A DNA stretch of 53,186 nt, taken from NCBI RefSeq assembly GCF_004010195.1, contig NW_025215328.1, positions 17,514-70,699 of the forward strand, in the 5' to 3' direction. The notes below the pieces were generated by a model, which did no database searches, was not told where the DNA came from, and saw only the letters and a list, made by a program, of their open reading frames with translations. The position numbers were made by a program, and so were the translations under genes. Position 1 is the first letter of the stretch, and every line of letters starts with the position of its first letter. This document shows positions 36,300-49,110 of the stretch, piece after piece. This DNA is from Chiloscyllium plagiosum. Its lineage: Eukaryota.

Positions 36300-39200
36300 C
36301 GGGTGAGATCCAAGATGGCGGCCATCCAGTAGGTCTGCCCTGCTGAGCTCTGCACCAGAACCCAGACAAAGGGATGAATTCACCCTCTCTTTCTTCCCTA
36401 TTGTGGTAAACATCGGTCGTTTTTGATCCCCAGTATTGCTCTCTGCCATTTTAAGCGAGTAACGGAAAATGACTAAGGGAAAGGGACCATGAGGATCAGA
36501 ACCAGCAGGGCACTGCAGCAATGGATCCACCCGCGGCTGTGATGTTGGCCTCTGCGAACACCCCATGAAACTTATTTGTGGAACGGAGCCAGGTCTCGGA
36601 GCCTGCGAGAGAAGATTGATTCAGCAATGGAGGAGACCTGAACCATGCAGGAACTGATCTCAGCCATGCTGGAGAAGCATGGCCAGGAGATCCAGCGTCT
36701 CGGGCCACACGTCGAGGAGGCGGAAGTGGGGACCGTGGCTTTGGAAACCATGGCAGAATCCTCAGCGGGCCTGGTCCAAGCCCTAGAATGTTAGGTATAG
36801 GCCTTAGTAGAGCAGGTCAAGCACCTCGAAAATTGGAGCCGTTAGAAGTACATCAGCTTGGTCGGGTTGCCGGAACGGGAACAAGAAAGCCAGCTCGTCA
36901 GCTACTTGGAACAATGGCTCACACAATTTTTGAAGCTGGAAGTCAGGGCAGACTGGGTGCGGGTCGAGCGGGCCTATCGGGTCGCAGTATGCAGGCCCGG
37001 ATCGGACCAGCATCCCTGCCCGGTCCGAGTGCAACAACTCCAGCATAGAGCAAAACAGGTGCTGGACGCTTCTTGAGCGCTACGGAAGGATCCATAGGTT
37101 CTGATCTACAAAGGATAACGAATTATGTTTTTTTTTCCAAAAGCTTTCTACGGCTGTGATCCACAAGAGGCAATCCTTTGATAAAGCAAAAAGGAGGCTG
37201 AGGGACGTGAATATTCTGTACTTGGTAAGATATCCAGCAATATTATGTTTGAGCCATGGAGAGTCTGTGTTTAATTTTGACTCACTAGAAAACGCAAAGG
37301 ACTTCCGGTACACATTAAAACAGACTGGCTGGTTCAAATAATATGGACAAATGTGTTCCCTTTGTTTTCTCTGGGGCTTGCCTGGTTTACCTCATTTTGG
37401 GTTTTTTTTTAGTATGTGGAGGTCCCATTTTCCTTTTTTCTCTCTCCTCCTTTCTTCCTCCTCTCCCATTATCCTTTGTTTTTTTTTCTATCATGTGCTT
37501 TTCGTTTCTCTCTTAGTACGGAATGGGAATGTGGGTTGGGGAGGTGGGGTGGTCACATTCTATTTCACCAGGACTGCCTCGGATCAAAGTATGGATGGGA
37601 CGGTGTTGAATGCCCACTTTTAATTTTCTTGTTGTAAGACCCATGTAACGTTTTTTAACTTTGTTTTTTCTGGGTTGGGAGCGGCTTTAGATAGGAGGAG
37701 CCATGGGCGATTAGTGGTAGTATGAGCGCCCCTTGTGGGAAAGGGGGAAAGTCTCTGCTTACTTGTGTTCTATGTTGGTTCACGTTAGAAGTAGTTGTTT
37801 AAAGTGTTGATTTGGTTGTTATTATAGTTATGGTTTCAAGTTTATACGAACTGTTTACAGCTTTCACTTGGCACGCTATAATTGGGGTTCTCATCCCAGT
37901 GGGTCATGGGCTGCTTCGGATGGTTATGGCTAACCGCTCGTTTAAATGGTGCACCTGGAATGTTAAAGGGAGCCATTCACTGATTCAGAGAAAAAAATAT
38001 ACGTTCAAGCCTTAAAAAGGAAATGGTTGATGTAACCTTGCTGCAAGAAACACATCTAACCGATAAGGACCATTTAAAGTTACAGCAGGGAAGGTTCAGC
38101 CTGGTGTGTTCTCATCCTTTAATTCAACAAGTTGAGGAGTAGCTATACTCATTCATAAGAACCTTCCACTTCAGTTGTTTAACCAAATTAAGAATGAATG
38201 TGGGTGGTCTCTGATCCTTAAAGTTTTAGTACATGGAGAGGAAAACTGGACCTTGAATAATATTGCCCACAGCACACCCCCTCAAATTTCAAATAGATAG
38301 GCTCTCCAGGTTGATGATCCTTGGGGCACGTCGTACAATTTAGCGGAGACTTTAACTGACGTCTGCATAGGATGTCGAGGGGTTTCGCGGGTATTTCTCC
38401 GCCACCCAGGCAGCTGGTGGACATGAACAGGTAGCTGGGTTGGTGGATATGTGAGATGTCTTCACCCTGAACATAGGGACTTCACCTTTTTTTCGAACCC
38501 ACAGAAGTGCTATACTGGGATTGACATGTTGTTTGCCGGATTGGTCTTTTTAAAATTCGGTGCTGTCCTGTAGAATTGGGAACATAGCCATTTCGGATCA
38601 TGTGACAGTGTACATGGAGGTCAAGGATGGTGGTGAAGGGACAGGCTCACAGCACTGGCTCGTGGATCCTTTCCTCCTGAAGGATAGCAAATTCATTGAG
38701 TATTTTTCGGGGGAATTTAAATTTTTTTGGAACATTAACTTGTATACGACCAGTAATCCGACGGTGCTCTGGGAGACTGCCAAAGCCTGTACAAGGGATT
38801 TGATTATTTCTTACTCGGTGACTCAGAAGTGGCAGAAGAGAGAGCAGCAGCGTAAGCTTGAGGCTCGGCTGAAGAGAGCTGATACACCATATTTTGTCAG
38901 ACCGCCTATAACTTAATTGCAGCAGATTACAGCCCNNNNNNNNACTTGGCCAGAAAGAAGATTGCTGCTATTATCACCCGCGATCCCAAAAGATTAATGC
39001 AGCGTTCAGGAAGTTCTATTCTGGGTTGTTCCAGTCAGCGGGCTGGGAGGACTGATTGGCGACGGTGGAGTACTTTATTAAGATCTTGGACCTCCCAGGT
39101 GTAAGTTCAGAGGAGGCGTCTCTTTAGAATGCTCCTCTGATAATCCGAGAGATAAAGGAGACAGTGAGGCTGCACCAAAGTGGTAAAGCCCACGGCCCGG

Positions 39201-40790
39201 ATGGATTTTCGGAGTGAGATTTTGAAGGAGTTCATAGGCATGCTGGCTGGGCCAATGTTGGATATGTACAATTATTCGTACAGTCAGGACTGCCTCCCAT
39301 CCTCTCTGAGAGAAGGAAATATTTTTCTTATTCTCAAGAGAGGGAAAGTCCCAGAGGATTGCACTTTGTATATGGCTATATCATTATTAAAAGTCGACTT
39401 TAAAATTTTGTCGAAAATGCTGGCTTTGAAGGACCATTGTGAAAGAGGACCATTTTTATTAGGGGACATAGGTCCTCTGATAATATTAGAAGAGTGCGAA
39501 ATATGGTTCCAGTCTGCCAGCAAGGTTCGATTCCAGGCTCGGGGGTCTCCCTGGATGCAGAGAAAGAACTTGACCGGAGGGAGTAGATATGCACCTTTTA
39601 TATCCTTGAATGGTTTGGTCTTGGAGGGGTCTTCGCCAGGTGGGTGGCAGTCTTACATAGTGACCCAAAAGCAGCGGATTTCACTGATGATTTAAGGTCT
39701 GACAATTTTAGTATTGACAGCAGTAGCCAGCAAAGTTGCCCCCTTTCACTGTTACCATTTACATTAATGATTGAGCCGTTGGCAGAAGCCAGCCGGAGGG
39801 ACGCCAATATCACTGCCATGGAGGTAGGATCACGAAGGCATAAAATCACCCTTTAAGCAGATGGCGTTCCTCTCTTTATAACTAACCCAATTATATTTGT
39901 GTCCTTTTTAATACAAATGATTAATTTATTTGGATTTTTCTCAGCGTATAAAATCAATTTTATGAAATCGGAGGCCATCCCTGTTGGGGGTCTTATTAGA
40001 GTATCCGACCTTGGGGTGGAATCTGATTCCCTTCCAGATGGTCACAAGGAGGTTTAAATATTTTATTCATCCCAGCCTTCGATCAATTATATAAAGCTAA
40101 CTTCGTGCAGTTGCTCGAGAAGATAACACAGAATCTTCCAATATCCTGTTTGGGTTAGCTCGGGTTAAAATGAATGTCCTTCCTTATTTATGATACCCCA
40201 TGCCAATGCTCCCTTTGACGCTGCCCAGGCAGGCTCTATGGAGGCTTAACAGTTGACTTTGATCTTTCATCTAGCGTCACAGATGGCCTCCTGTTCAGCT
40301 GGACAAATTGCAACTTCCACAGCGAATGGGCGCGTGTCGATTTTACATACTTTAAGAAATACCATCGAAGGTTCCTTGCTATCTGATGTGGCTGATTGGG
40401 CTTAGCCGGGACCCATTGTTAATTTGGCTGGTCATCGAGGCCTTCCGGGCAAAGTGTCCCCTCATTAATCTGTTGTTCATGGACAAGATGAGGACTGTTA
40501 TGGAGAATTGCAGAAACCGATTGTCCTTAACACATTGAAAGCATGGAGAATGATGGGACAAGTTAAGGGCAATTTACAAATCAAAAACATCAGCTTTCAC
40601 CCCAATTGTAGGATTGGTAGGATTCCAGCCGGGATTGATGGATTCTGACTTTAGATTCTGGGAGTCCAGATGAGTTTCCTGTTCGGGAGATTTTTTTGAC
40701 AGGGAGGTCAAGATGAATTTTGAGCAGCTGAACTAGGAATATGAGGTATCTGGGAGGGGCCTCTTTTGTTACTTTCAGCTTCAGGACTTT
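36300..40790 (+). mobile_element. L1-clade LINE, intact 5' end, 3'-incomplete, both ORFs disrupted
   Basis: 5' caagatggcggc; ORF1 LENWSR*KYISLVGLPE..VERAYRV..LVRYPAILCL; T-rich spacer; ORF2 from 37926 MANRSFKWCTWNVKG, LLQETHL, GDFN, ISDH, LWETAKA, ISLLKVDFKILSK, QSCPLSLLPFTLMIEPLA. Confidence 0.9.
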
Positions 40791-41359
40791 ACACCACTGG
40801 CAGCACCGTCCTCCCCCTGGTGTGAAACTGCAGGTCGTGTTTAAGGAAGTGACACCACTCTGTGACCAGCTCCTTGTTCAATCAGGGTCCCCTCATACTC
40901 TGCTCTTGAGTGAAATGTAACTTGGGGAGCTATTCCTGGAAAACCCGGAGTGGATGCAACAGATCCCTTTTCCCGCATACACTCACTCTGTAGTTTCAGA
41001 TCTTTCTCTCTGTGCAGCCTCTGCTCCATTTGTTGTTCATCTTACAGACACAGATGTTGTAACTACAGTCCCTCTGCTCCATCCTGAGTTGGATCACCAA
41101 ATCCTCAGGTCTCGCTGAATGTCTGAGGCAGCTCACAGCACAACCTCCAGCAAACCATCCCCAGCACCTGCACTAACTTTTCAATAACAAGAGTTAGTCA
41201 GAAGCCCCTCAGCTACAAGTTAGATGCCTGCTCTTTAACAATAATACTCGAGAGATTTCCTCGTGTTACTGACCACACAATCATCTGAGAGGGACAAGCA
41301 CACGTGTTCAGTGGACACGCCCAGACCAAGGTTCAAAGGCGTGTCGAAAGCTACTGGAA

Positions 41360-41610
41360 CCCCTGTACAACATGGGGCACCACATGGAGCACACCGGGAA
41401 GTGAACAGCAGCCAAATACATACACCCCTGCCCATGCAACAGCACATGAGACACACCGGGAAGTGAGCAACAGTCAAACACATACACCCCTGTCCATGGA
41501 TACCACATGAGACACACCGGGAAGTGAGCAACAGTCAAACACATACACCTCTGTCCATGGAGTACCACAAGGGACACACTGTGAAGTGAACAACAGTCAA
41601 ACATATACAT
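41360..41610. repeat. About 62-bp minisatellite, 4 units
   Basis: acaccgggaagtga at 41391, 41453 and 41514, with a variant at 41576. Confidence 0.9.
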
Positions 41611-41949
41611 GGACGGATATTCATGTTATAATTGGGTGATTACTTGATCGACAAGTTCAGTAAACGTGGCTCCTCTCAGACAAATGGGAGTAACTAGATG
41701 AGTAGTACTTTCGTAGGTCCAATAACAAAAATAAGAATATAAAGTAAATGTGCTGACAAATCAGTTGAAATCCACGTCACAGAATCAGGCACCATAATCC
41801 AGATGACATATATGTGCAGCATGTAACAGTGTTCAGACCAGCTAGTGTACTGCTCAACACAACCCAGCAATCTGTGCAGACCACACCAGTCCATGAACTC
41901 CCTCTCCAGCACTGGGAGCTATGCAGTGAACAGCAGTGAATTGCTGTGG

Positions 41950-42135
41950 AAACCAGGAGCAGGTACCCTCCCAGCCTGTAGAGCAGTGTACACCACACCA
42001 GGGCATTGATCTGTAAACCAGGAACAGTTACCCTCCCAGCATGTCGAGCAGTATACACTACCCCAGTGCATTGAACTGTAAACCAGGAGAAGTTACCATC
42101 CCAGCATGTAGAGCTGTGTACACTGGCCCAGTGCT
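41950..42135. repeat. 65-bp minisatellite, 3 units
   Basis: aaaccagga..tacc.tcccagc.tgt.gagc.gt.tacac at 41950, 42015 and 42080. Confidence 0.85.
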
Positions 42136-42142
42136 TTCCTCA

Positions 42143-42805
42143 GTAACACTGTGTTAGAGCACTGCCAAGAGTGGGGAAACTTGCAGCCCATGCTGGAAGT
42201 GACAGGATGTGCAGCTCTTATCCATTTACAGCTCCATATCTCCATTGTGTCAATGGATGTAGAATATCTCAAGACAAAGGAGGAAGATGACTTAATGTTA
42301 AGTAGGCAAGGATCAGACAGGACTCTAGAGGGTTAAAAGGTAGTCAGGAAGGAAGTGAAGAATAATCTCAGGACAGCGAGAAGCGGGCATGAAAAAGACT
42401 TGGTGAGTAGGATTAAGGTAAAACTTGAGACGTTCTACACTTTTGTGAGGAACACGGTGATGGTCTGAGTGAGGGTAGGGCTCACCAGGATAGTGAAGGA
42501 AACTTGCGCCAGGAGTCAGAGAAGATAGGGGAACAAAGAACATAGAGATTATTCTTCATAGAACATAGAGATTGTTTTAAGATTATTCTTCACTTCCTTT
42601 CTGACTACCTTTTAACCCTCTAGAGCCCTGTCTGATCCTTGCCTACTTAACGTTAATTCATCTTCCTCCTTCCTCTTGAGATATTCTACATCCATTGACA
42701 CAATGGAGATATGGAGCTGTAAATGGATAAGAGCTGGCCATCCTGTCACTTCCAGCATGGGCTGCAAGTTTCCCCACTCTGGGTAGTGCTCTAACACAGT
42801 GTTAC
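42143..42805. repeat. 225-bp inverted duplication (arms 42143-42367 and 42581-42805)
   Basis: The arms are near-identical reverse complements, reflected in the twin ORFs 42151..42336(+) and 42612..42797(-). Confidence 0.95.
42256..42530 (+). mobile_element. CR1 fragment (host), continues at 47248-48373
   Basis: RKEVKNNLRTARSGHEK..SEKIG joins to (G)SSLMN..ASVF after the inserted element. Confidence 0.7.
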
Positions 42806-43164
42806 AGCGCAGTACAGGCCCTTCGGCCCTCGATGTTTCGCCGACCAGTCATACCAATCGGAAGCCCATCTAACATACACTATTCCAATGACGATTTAAA
42901 TGTGCCTAAAGTAGGCGAATCTACTACTGTTGCAGGCAAAGCATTCCATATCCTTACTACTCTCTGAGTAAAGAAACTGCCTCTGACATCTGTCCTATAT
43001 CTATCATCCTTCAATTTTAAACTAAACCCCCTCGTCCTCGCTGTCACCATACTTGAAAAAAGGCTCTTCCTGTCCACCCTATCTAACCCTCTAATTATCT
43101 TATATGCCTATATTAAGTCACCTCTCAACCTTCTCTCAAACGAAAACAGTCTCAAGTCCTTTGT

Positions 43165-43457
43165 GGGCGGCATGGTGGACAGTGGTTAGCTGCCTCACAG
43201 CGCCAGAGACCCGGGTTCAATTCCCAACTCAGGCGACTGACTGTATGGAGTTTGCACGTTCTCCCTGTGTCTGCGTGGGTTTCCTCCGGGTGTCCCAAGA
43301 TGTGCAGGTCAGGTGAATTGGCCATGCTAAATTGTCCGTAGTGTTACGGAAGGGGTAAATGTAGGGGTATGGCTGGGTTGCGCTTCGGCGGGTCAGTGTG
43401 GACTTGTTGGGCCGAAGGGCCTGTTTCCACACTGTAATGTAATGTAATGTAATCTAA
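43165..43457 (+). mobile_element. HE1-type SINE nested antisense in CR1
   Basis: Head gggcggcatggtgg..; tail ccacactg followed by (taatg)n. Confidence 0.92.
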
Positions 43458-44917
43458 TGCCTCAGCCTTTCTTTGTAAGAGCTTGCCTCCATACCAGGCA
43501 ACGTCCTAGTAAATCTCTTCTGCGCCCTTTCCAAAGCTTCCACATCCTTCTTATAGGCGGTGACCAGAACTGTACACAATACTCCAATTGCGGCCGCACT
43601 AGAGTTTTGTACAGCTGTAGCATAACGTCATGGTTCCGGAACTTGATCCCTCTCTTATTAGAAGCTAGAAAACTGTAAGCCTTCTTAACAACCCTGTCAA
43701 CCTGGGTGGCAACTTTCAAGGATCTGTCCACCTGGACACCGAAATCTCTCTGCTCATATACACTACCAAGAATCTTACCATTAGCCCAGTACTTTGCATC
43801 CCGGTCACTCCAACCAAAGTGAATCACCTCACACTTGTCCGCATTAATCTCCATTTGCCACCTCTCAGCCCAGCTCTGCAGCTTATCTATGTCTCTCTGT
43901 AACCTACAACATTGTTCATCACTATCCACAAACCTACCGACCTTAGTGACGTCTGCAACTTTACGAACCAACCTTCTATGCCCTCATCCAAGTCGTTTAT
44001 AAAAATCACGAACAGGTTGTGAGGCACGACCTACCCTTCACAAATCCGTGCTGACTATCCCTAATCAAATTATTATTTTCTTAATTATTATAAATCCTAT
44101 CTCTTATAACCTTTTCCACACTTTACCAACAACTGGAGTAAGTCTCACTCGTCCATAATTAACAGGGTTGTCTCTACTCCCCTTCTTGAACAGGAGAACC
44201 ACATTTGCTATCCTCCAGTCTTCTGGCACTATTCCCGGAGACATTAACGATTTAAAGATCAATGCCAAAGGCTCGGTAATCTCCTCCCTGGCTTCCCAGA
44301 GAATCCTAGGATAAATCCATTCTGGCCCAAGGGACGTATCTATTTTCATAAGCTGCAGGATTTCTAATACCTCTTCCTTGTGAACCTCAATCCATCTAAT
44401 CTGGTAGCCTGTATCTCACTAATCTCCTCGAAAGCATTGTCATTTTTTGGAGTGAATACTGTTGAAAATATTGATTTAGTGCTTCCCCATCTCCTCTGAC
44501 TCCACACACAGCTTCCCACTACTATTCTTGATTGGCCCTAATCTTACACCCGTCATTCTTATATTCCTTAAATACCTATAGAAAGCCTTAGTGTTTATCC
44601 TGATCCTATCCGCCAATAACTTCTCGTGTCTCCTCCTGTCTATTCTGAGCTCTCTCTTTAGGTCTTTCCTGGCTATCTTGTAACCCTTAAGCACCCTAAC
44701 TGAGCCTTCACATCTCATCCTAACGTTAGCCGCCTTCTTCCTCTTGACCGGTGATTCCATTTCATTCGTAAACTACGGCTCCCGCGCACTACAGCTTCCT
44801 CCTTGCCTGACAGGAACATAGTTATCTAGGACACACAGTACCTTTTCCTTGAATAAGCTCCACATTTCTAAAGTGCCCATCCCCTGCAGTTTCTTACCCC
44901 ATCATATGCTTCCTAAA

Positions 44918-45220
44918 GGGCAGCACGGTGGCACAGTAGTTAGCATTGCTGCCTCACAGCGCCAGAGACCCGGGTTCAATTCCCGCCTCAGGCGACTGAC
45001 TGTATGGAGTTTGCACGTTCTCCCCGTGTCTGTGTGGGTTTCCTCCGGGTGCTCCGGTTTCCTCCCACAGTCCAAACATGTGCAGGGTCAGGTGAATTGG
45101 CCATACTAAATTGCCCGTAGTGTTAGGTAAGGGGTAAATGTAGGGGTATGGGTGGGTTTCGCTTCGGCGGGTCGGTGTGGACTTGTTGGGCCGAAGGGCC
45201 TGTTTCCACACTGTAATCTA
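44918..45220 (+). mobile_element. Young HE1-type SINE nested antisense in CR1
   Basis: Complete element; taaa on both flanks (cttcctaaa|SINE|..taaatcttgcc). Confidence 0.95.
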
Positions 45221-47247
45221 ATTTAAATCTTGCCTAATGGCATCGTAATTGCCTTTCCCTCAGCTGTAACTCTTGCCCAGTGGTATACACCTATCCTTTT
45301 CTATCACTAAAGTAAACATAACAGAATTGCTATCGCTATCACCAAAGTGCCCACCTACTTCCAAGTCGAACATCTGACCGGGCTCATTATCCAGTATCAA
45401 ATCTAAGGTGGCTTCACCCCTTGTTGGTCTGTCAACATACTGTGTCAGGAAGCCCTCCTGTAAACACTGGACGTAAACTGACCCATCTATAATACTCGTA
45501 CTATAGTGTTCCCATTCAATATTTCGAAAGTTGAAGTCCCCCATTACAACTACACTGTCTCTGTTACTCCTATCGAGAATCACCTTTGCTGTCCTTTCCT
45601 CTCCATCTCTGGAACTATTCGGAAGCCGATAGAAAACTTCAAACAGGGTGACCCCTCCTTTCCTGTTTCTGACTTCAGCCCATACTACCTCAGTTGACGA
45701 GTTACCAACATCCTTTCTGCAACTGCAATACTGTCCTTTAGCAACAATGCCACACCACCCCCTCTTTAACCATATTCTCTGTTCTTCCTGAAACATCTAA
45801 ATCCTGGAACCATCAACAACCATTCCTGTCCCTGCTCTTAACCATGTCTCTGATATGGCCACAACATTGAAGTCCCAGATACCAAACCATGCTGCAATTT
45901 CACTCAACTTATTCCGGGTGCTCCTGGTGTTGAAGTAGGCACACTTCAAACCAACCCCTTGCTTGCCGTTGCCATCTTGCGTCCCTGAAACTTGATTTTG
46001 GACCTCCCTACTCTCAACCTTTTCTATACTCGAACTACAATCTTGGTTCCCATTCCCCTACTGGATTAGTTTAAACCCACTCCAATAGCCTTAGTGAATT
46101 CCCTCCCCATGATATTGGTACCCTCCAGTTCAGATGAAGACCACCCTGCTTGTAGAGGTCCCACCTACTCCAGAAAGAGCCCCAATTATCCAAGAATCCA
46201 AAACCCTCCCTCGTGCACCATTCTGTAGCCACGTGTTCACCTTCTCTCTCTCCCTATTCATTGCCTCACTAGCACATAGCACGAGCAACAAACCACAGCC
46301 AACAACTCTGATTGTCCTAGCTCTAAGCTTCCATCCCAGCTCCCTGAATTTCTGCCTGAAATCCCCATCTATCTTCCTACCTATGTCGTTGGTGCCTATG
46401 TGGACTACGACTTGGGGTTGCTCCCCCTCCCCCTTAAGGATCCCAAAAACAGGATCAGAGACATCACAGACTCTGGCACCTGGGAGGCAACACACCAACC
46501 GTGAGTCTCTCTCGTCCCCACAGAACCTCCTATCTGTCCCCCTAACTATGGAGTCCCCAATGTCTACTACTCTGCTCCTCTTACCCTATCCCTTCTAAAC
46601 AGCAGGGACAGATTCTGTGCCAGAGCCCTCTACCTCACTGCTTTCCCATGGTAAGTCCCCCACCCCCACCAGTATCCAAAATGGTATACTAATTGTTGAG
46701 GGGAATGTCCACAGAGGATCTCTGCACTGTCTGCCAGTTTCTCTTGTACCTTAGGAGTGACTACTTCCCTGTAACTCCTCTTAATAATTCCCTCTGCCTC
46801 CCGAATGATCCAAAGTTCATCCAATTCAGCTCCAGTTCACTAATGCAGTTTTCGAGTAGCTGGAGTTGAGCGAACCTCCCGCAGATGTAGTCAGCAGGGA
46901 CACTGGTGGTGACCCTTACCTCCCACATTCTGCAGGAGAAACTTTCAACTGCCCTAACTTACATTCACACTATTCTAAATTCCCAAAGAGACTGTTGAAA
47001 AAATTAGGAATTAAAATAACTCGTTACCTTACCTTACCCCCCAATCTGGCGCACAATCGGGCAACACAACCACACAAATATATGACTTCCCAGAAGTCCT
47101 TCGCTCTTCCCTCGAACCTCTCGGGAAATGGAGGCCCAACTCCCGAGGTAAGTCCCTTTTAATGCCGGGAAACTCACCCTTCTCGGCAGCCCTCGCTTAC
47201 TTATCCTGCTTTCCTCACCGCTCTGGCAAAATTCATTAAGGACCTCT

Positions 47248-48373
47248 GGGAGCTCCCTAATGAATGCCTTGCTTCAGTATTCAGTACTGAGAGGGACCTT
47301 CATGTTTTGGGTGCAGTGTGAAACAGGCAGATATGCTAGAACAGGAGGATGTGCTGAAAAGTTTGAGAATCACAAGGAGAGACAAATCTTCTTGACTAGC
47401 TGGAAAATAAACCTAGGATACTATAGGAAGCGAGAGAAAAGAATGCTGTGTTTTGCGATGATCTTTGTGTCATCACTGTCTACTGGATTCGTGCCAGATG
47501 ATAGGAGGTTGGCAAATGTTATTCCCTTGTTCATGAAAGGGAATAGAGATAATCCTGTGAATTAGAGGCTAATCATTCTTACGCCAGTGATGGGCAAAGT
47601 ATTGGAGAGGATTTGAGAGACACGAGTTATGATTACTTGGAAAACCATAATTTGATTAGAGACTGTCAGCATGCCTTTGTAAGGAGCAGGTCATGCTTCA
47701 AAAGTCTTATTGAACTTTTTGAGGATGTGAAAAAAAAACACATTGATGAAGGTAGAACAGTGGATGTGGTGTATTTGGATTTTACCAAGTCATTTGATAA
47801 AGTTACCAATTGTAGGTTCATTCAGAAAATAAGGAGGCATGGGATACATGGAAATCTGGCTGTCTGGATACAGAATTGGCTGGCACATAAAAGACAGAGT
47901 GTAGTGGTAGATTGAAAGTACTCAGCCTGGAGCTCGGTGACCAGTGTATTATGCAGGGATTGGTTCTGGGAACTCTGTTCTTTGTGACTTTTATAAGAGA
48001 GTTGAATGGGGAATTGGGAGGGTGGGTTAGTAAGCTTGCGAACGGAGGTTGGTGGAGCTGTGGATAGTGTGGAAAGTTGTTGCCCGCTGCAACAAGACAT
48101 TGAGAGAACTGAGCTGATGAGTGGCAGATCGAGTTAAACTTGAAAAAGTGTGAAGGCATTCACTTTGGAAGGAAAACTTTGCATGCAGAGGACAGGGTTA
48201 AAAGCAGGATACTTGCAGTGTAGAGGAATAGATGGATCTTGGGTTCCATGTCCACAGATCCACAATGTTGCCACGCAAATTGATGTGGTTGTTGAGAAGG
48301 CGCAAGGTGTGTTGGCTTTCACAAGCCGGGGAACTGAGTTTCATAGCTGTGATGTTATGCTGCAGCTCTATGA
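47248..48373 (+). mobile_element. CR1 ORF2 fragment (RT), resuming at 49111-49190
   Basis: ANVIPLFMKGNRDNPVN, QHAFVRSRSC, VVYLDFTKSFDKV, VMLQLY; later HLEHCVQFWSPCYRKDV. Confidence 0.85.
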
Positions 48374-48475
48374 AGTTGAGTGCTGTTCTGCATTGAGAGC
48401 TTGTAAGCAACTGACATATGACTAGGTAGCAATCTCAGAATGTTCTTGGACAATTGAAAATATATAACATATGGC

Positions 48476-49110
48476 TGTTAAAAAGATACCTTGAGTTTCG
48501 GTTGTTCTCTGGACAATTTTTCATTTTTAACGAATCTGTTTAAATTATGCCTCAGGATAATAAATCCAACAGATTTTGAATTTACTGTTTTTCCAACATT
48601 TAACCAGAGATTATTTGATGTTGAGGGGATGAAGAAGTAGGCATTATGAAACTTAGACAGAGAGTAAACTGCCATCGAGAGAGACTGCCATGCAAAACAT
48701 TCTCTATTAAAACTATGGGTTTTTTTGCATGCAACACCCTTGCAGTAAAAGACAGAAGACGACCCAATGAGATCCATAGTTGAAAGGAAGAGGATACTGG
48801 AGCTGACACCGCTGTCTGGTTTCGAAGTTAAATGATGCAATTTTAATTTAGTTATTTTTAAAAGGAACAGTATATTGTTATAGAGGTGGAGGCAGATAAC
48901 ATGTAGTTCAGAGAAAGGGAGCTTAGAGCTGTGAATAGTTGTTGTTCAATCTTCACTTTTAGAGTTAAGAAATAAATTGATGTTATTTTTCTTTAAATAG
49001 TGGAATTTTCAAGTTCTCTGTCACTCGTGCTTTAACAGGTTAGAAGGCAAGGTGAGCTTTTCTGTGTGTTTGGTTTGATTAACAAACGGGTTCATTGCTG
49101 TGTTGTAACA
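48476..49110 (+). mobile_element. Possible solo LTR inserted in CR1
   Basis: Termini tgtta...taaca; AATAAA near 48970; CR1 resumes immediately after 49110; no target-site duplication found. Confidence 0.4.

Larger units (their letters stand above)
42806..47246 (-). mobile_element. Near full-length CR1 LINE: 5'UTR, ORF1 (Zn-finger-like, coiled coil, SGNH esterase) and disrupted ORF2
   Basis: ORF1 CRMWEV..DYICG..QLQLL..ELE, MVCCLPGARV..VVVHIGTNDIGRK; ORF2 VFYRLPNSS, MGDFNF, FGDSD, GPEWIYPRILWEA, KVADVTKVG, LVRPQLEYCVQFWSP; internal deletion near 44015 between GRSCLT and FVIFIND. Confidence 0.93.

Noticed and set aside
46130..46498. SGNH esterase as a novel captured enzyme
   Set aside because: Esterase domains are an established part of CR1-group ORF1
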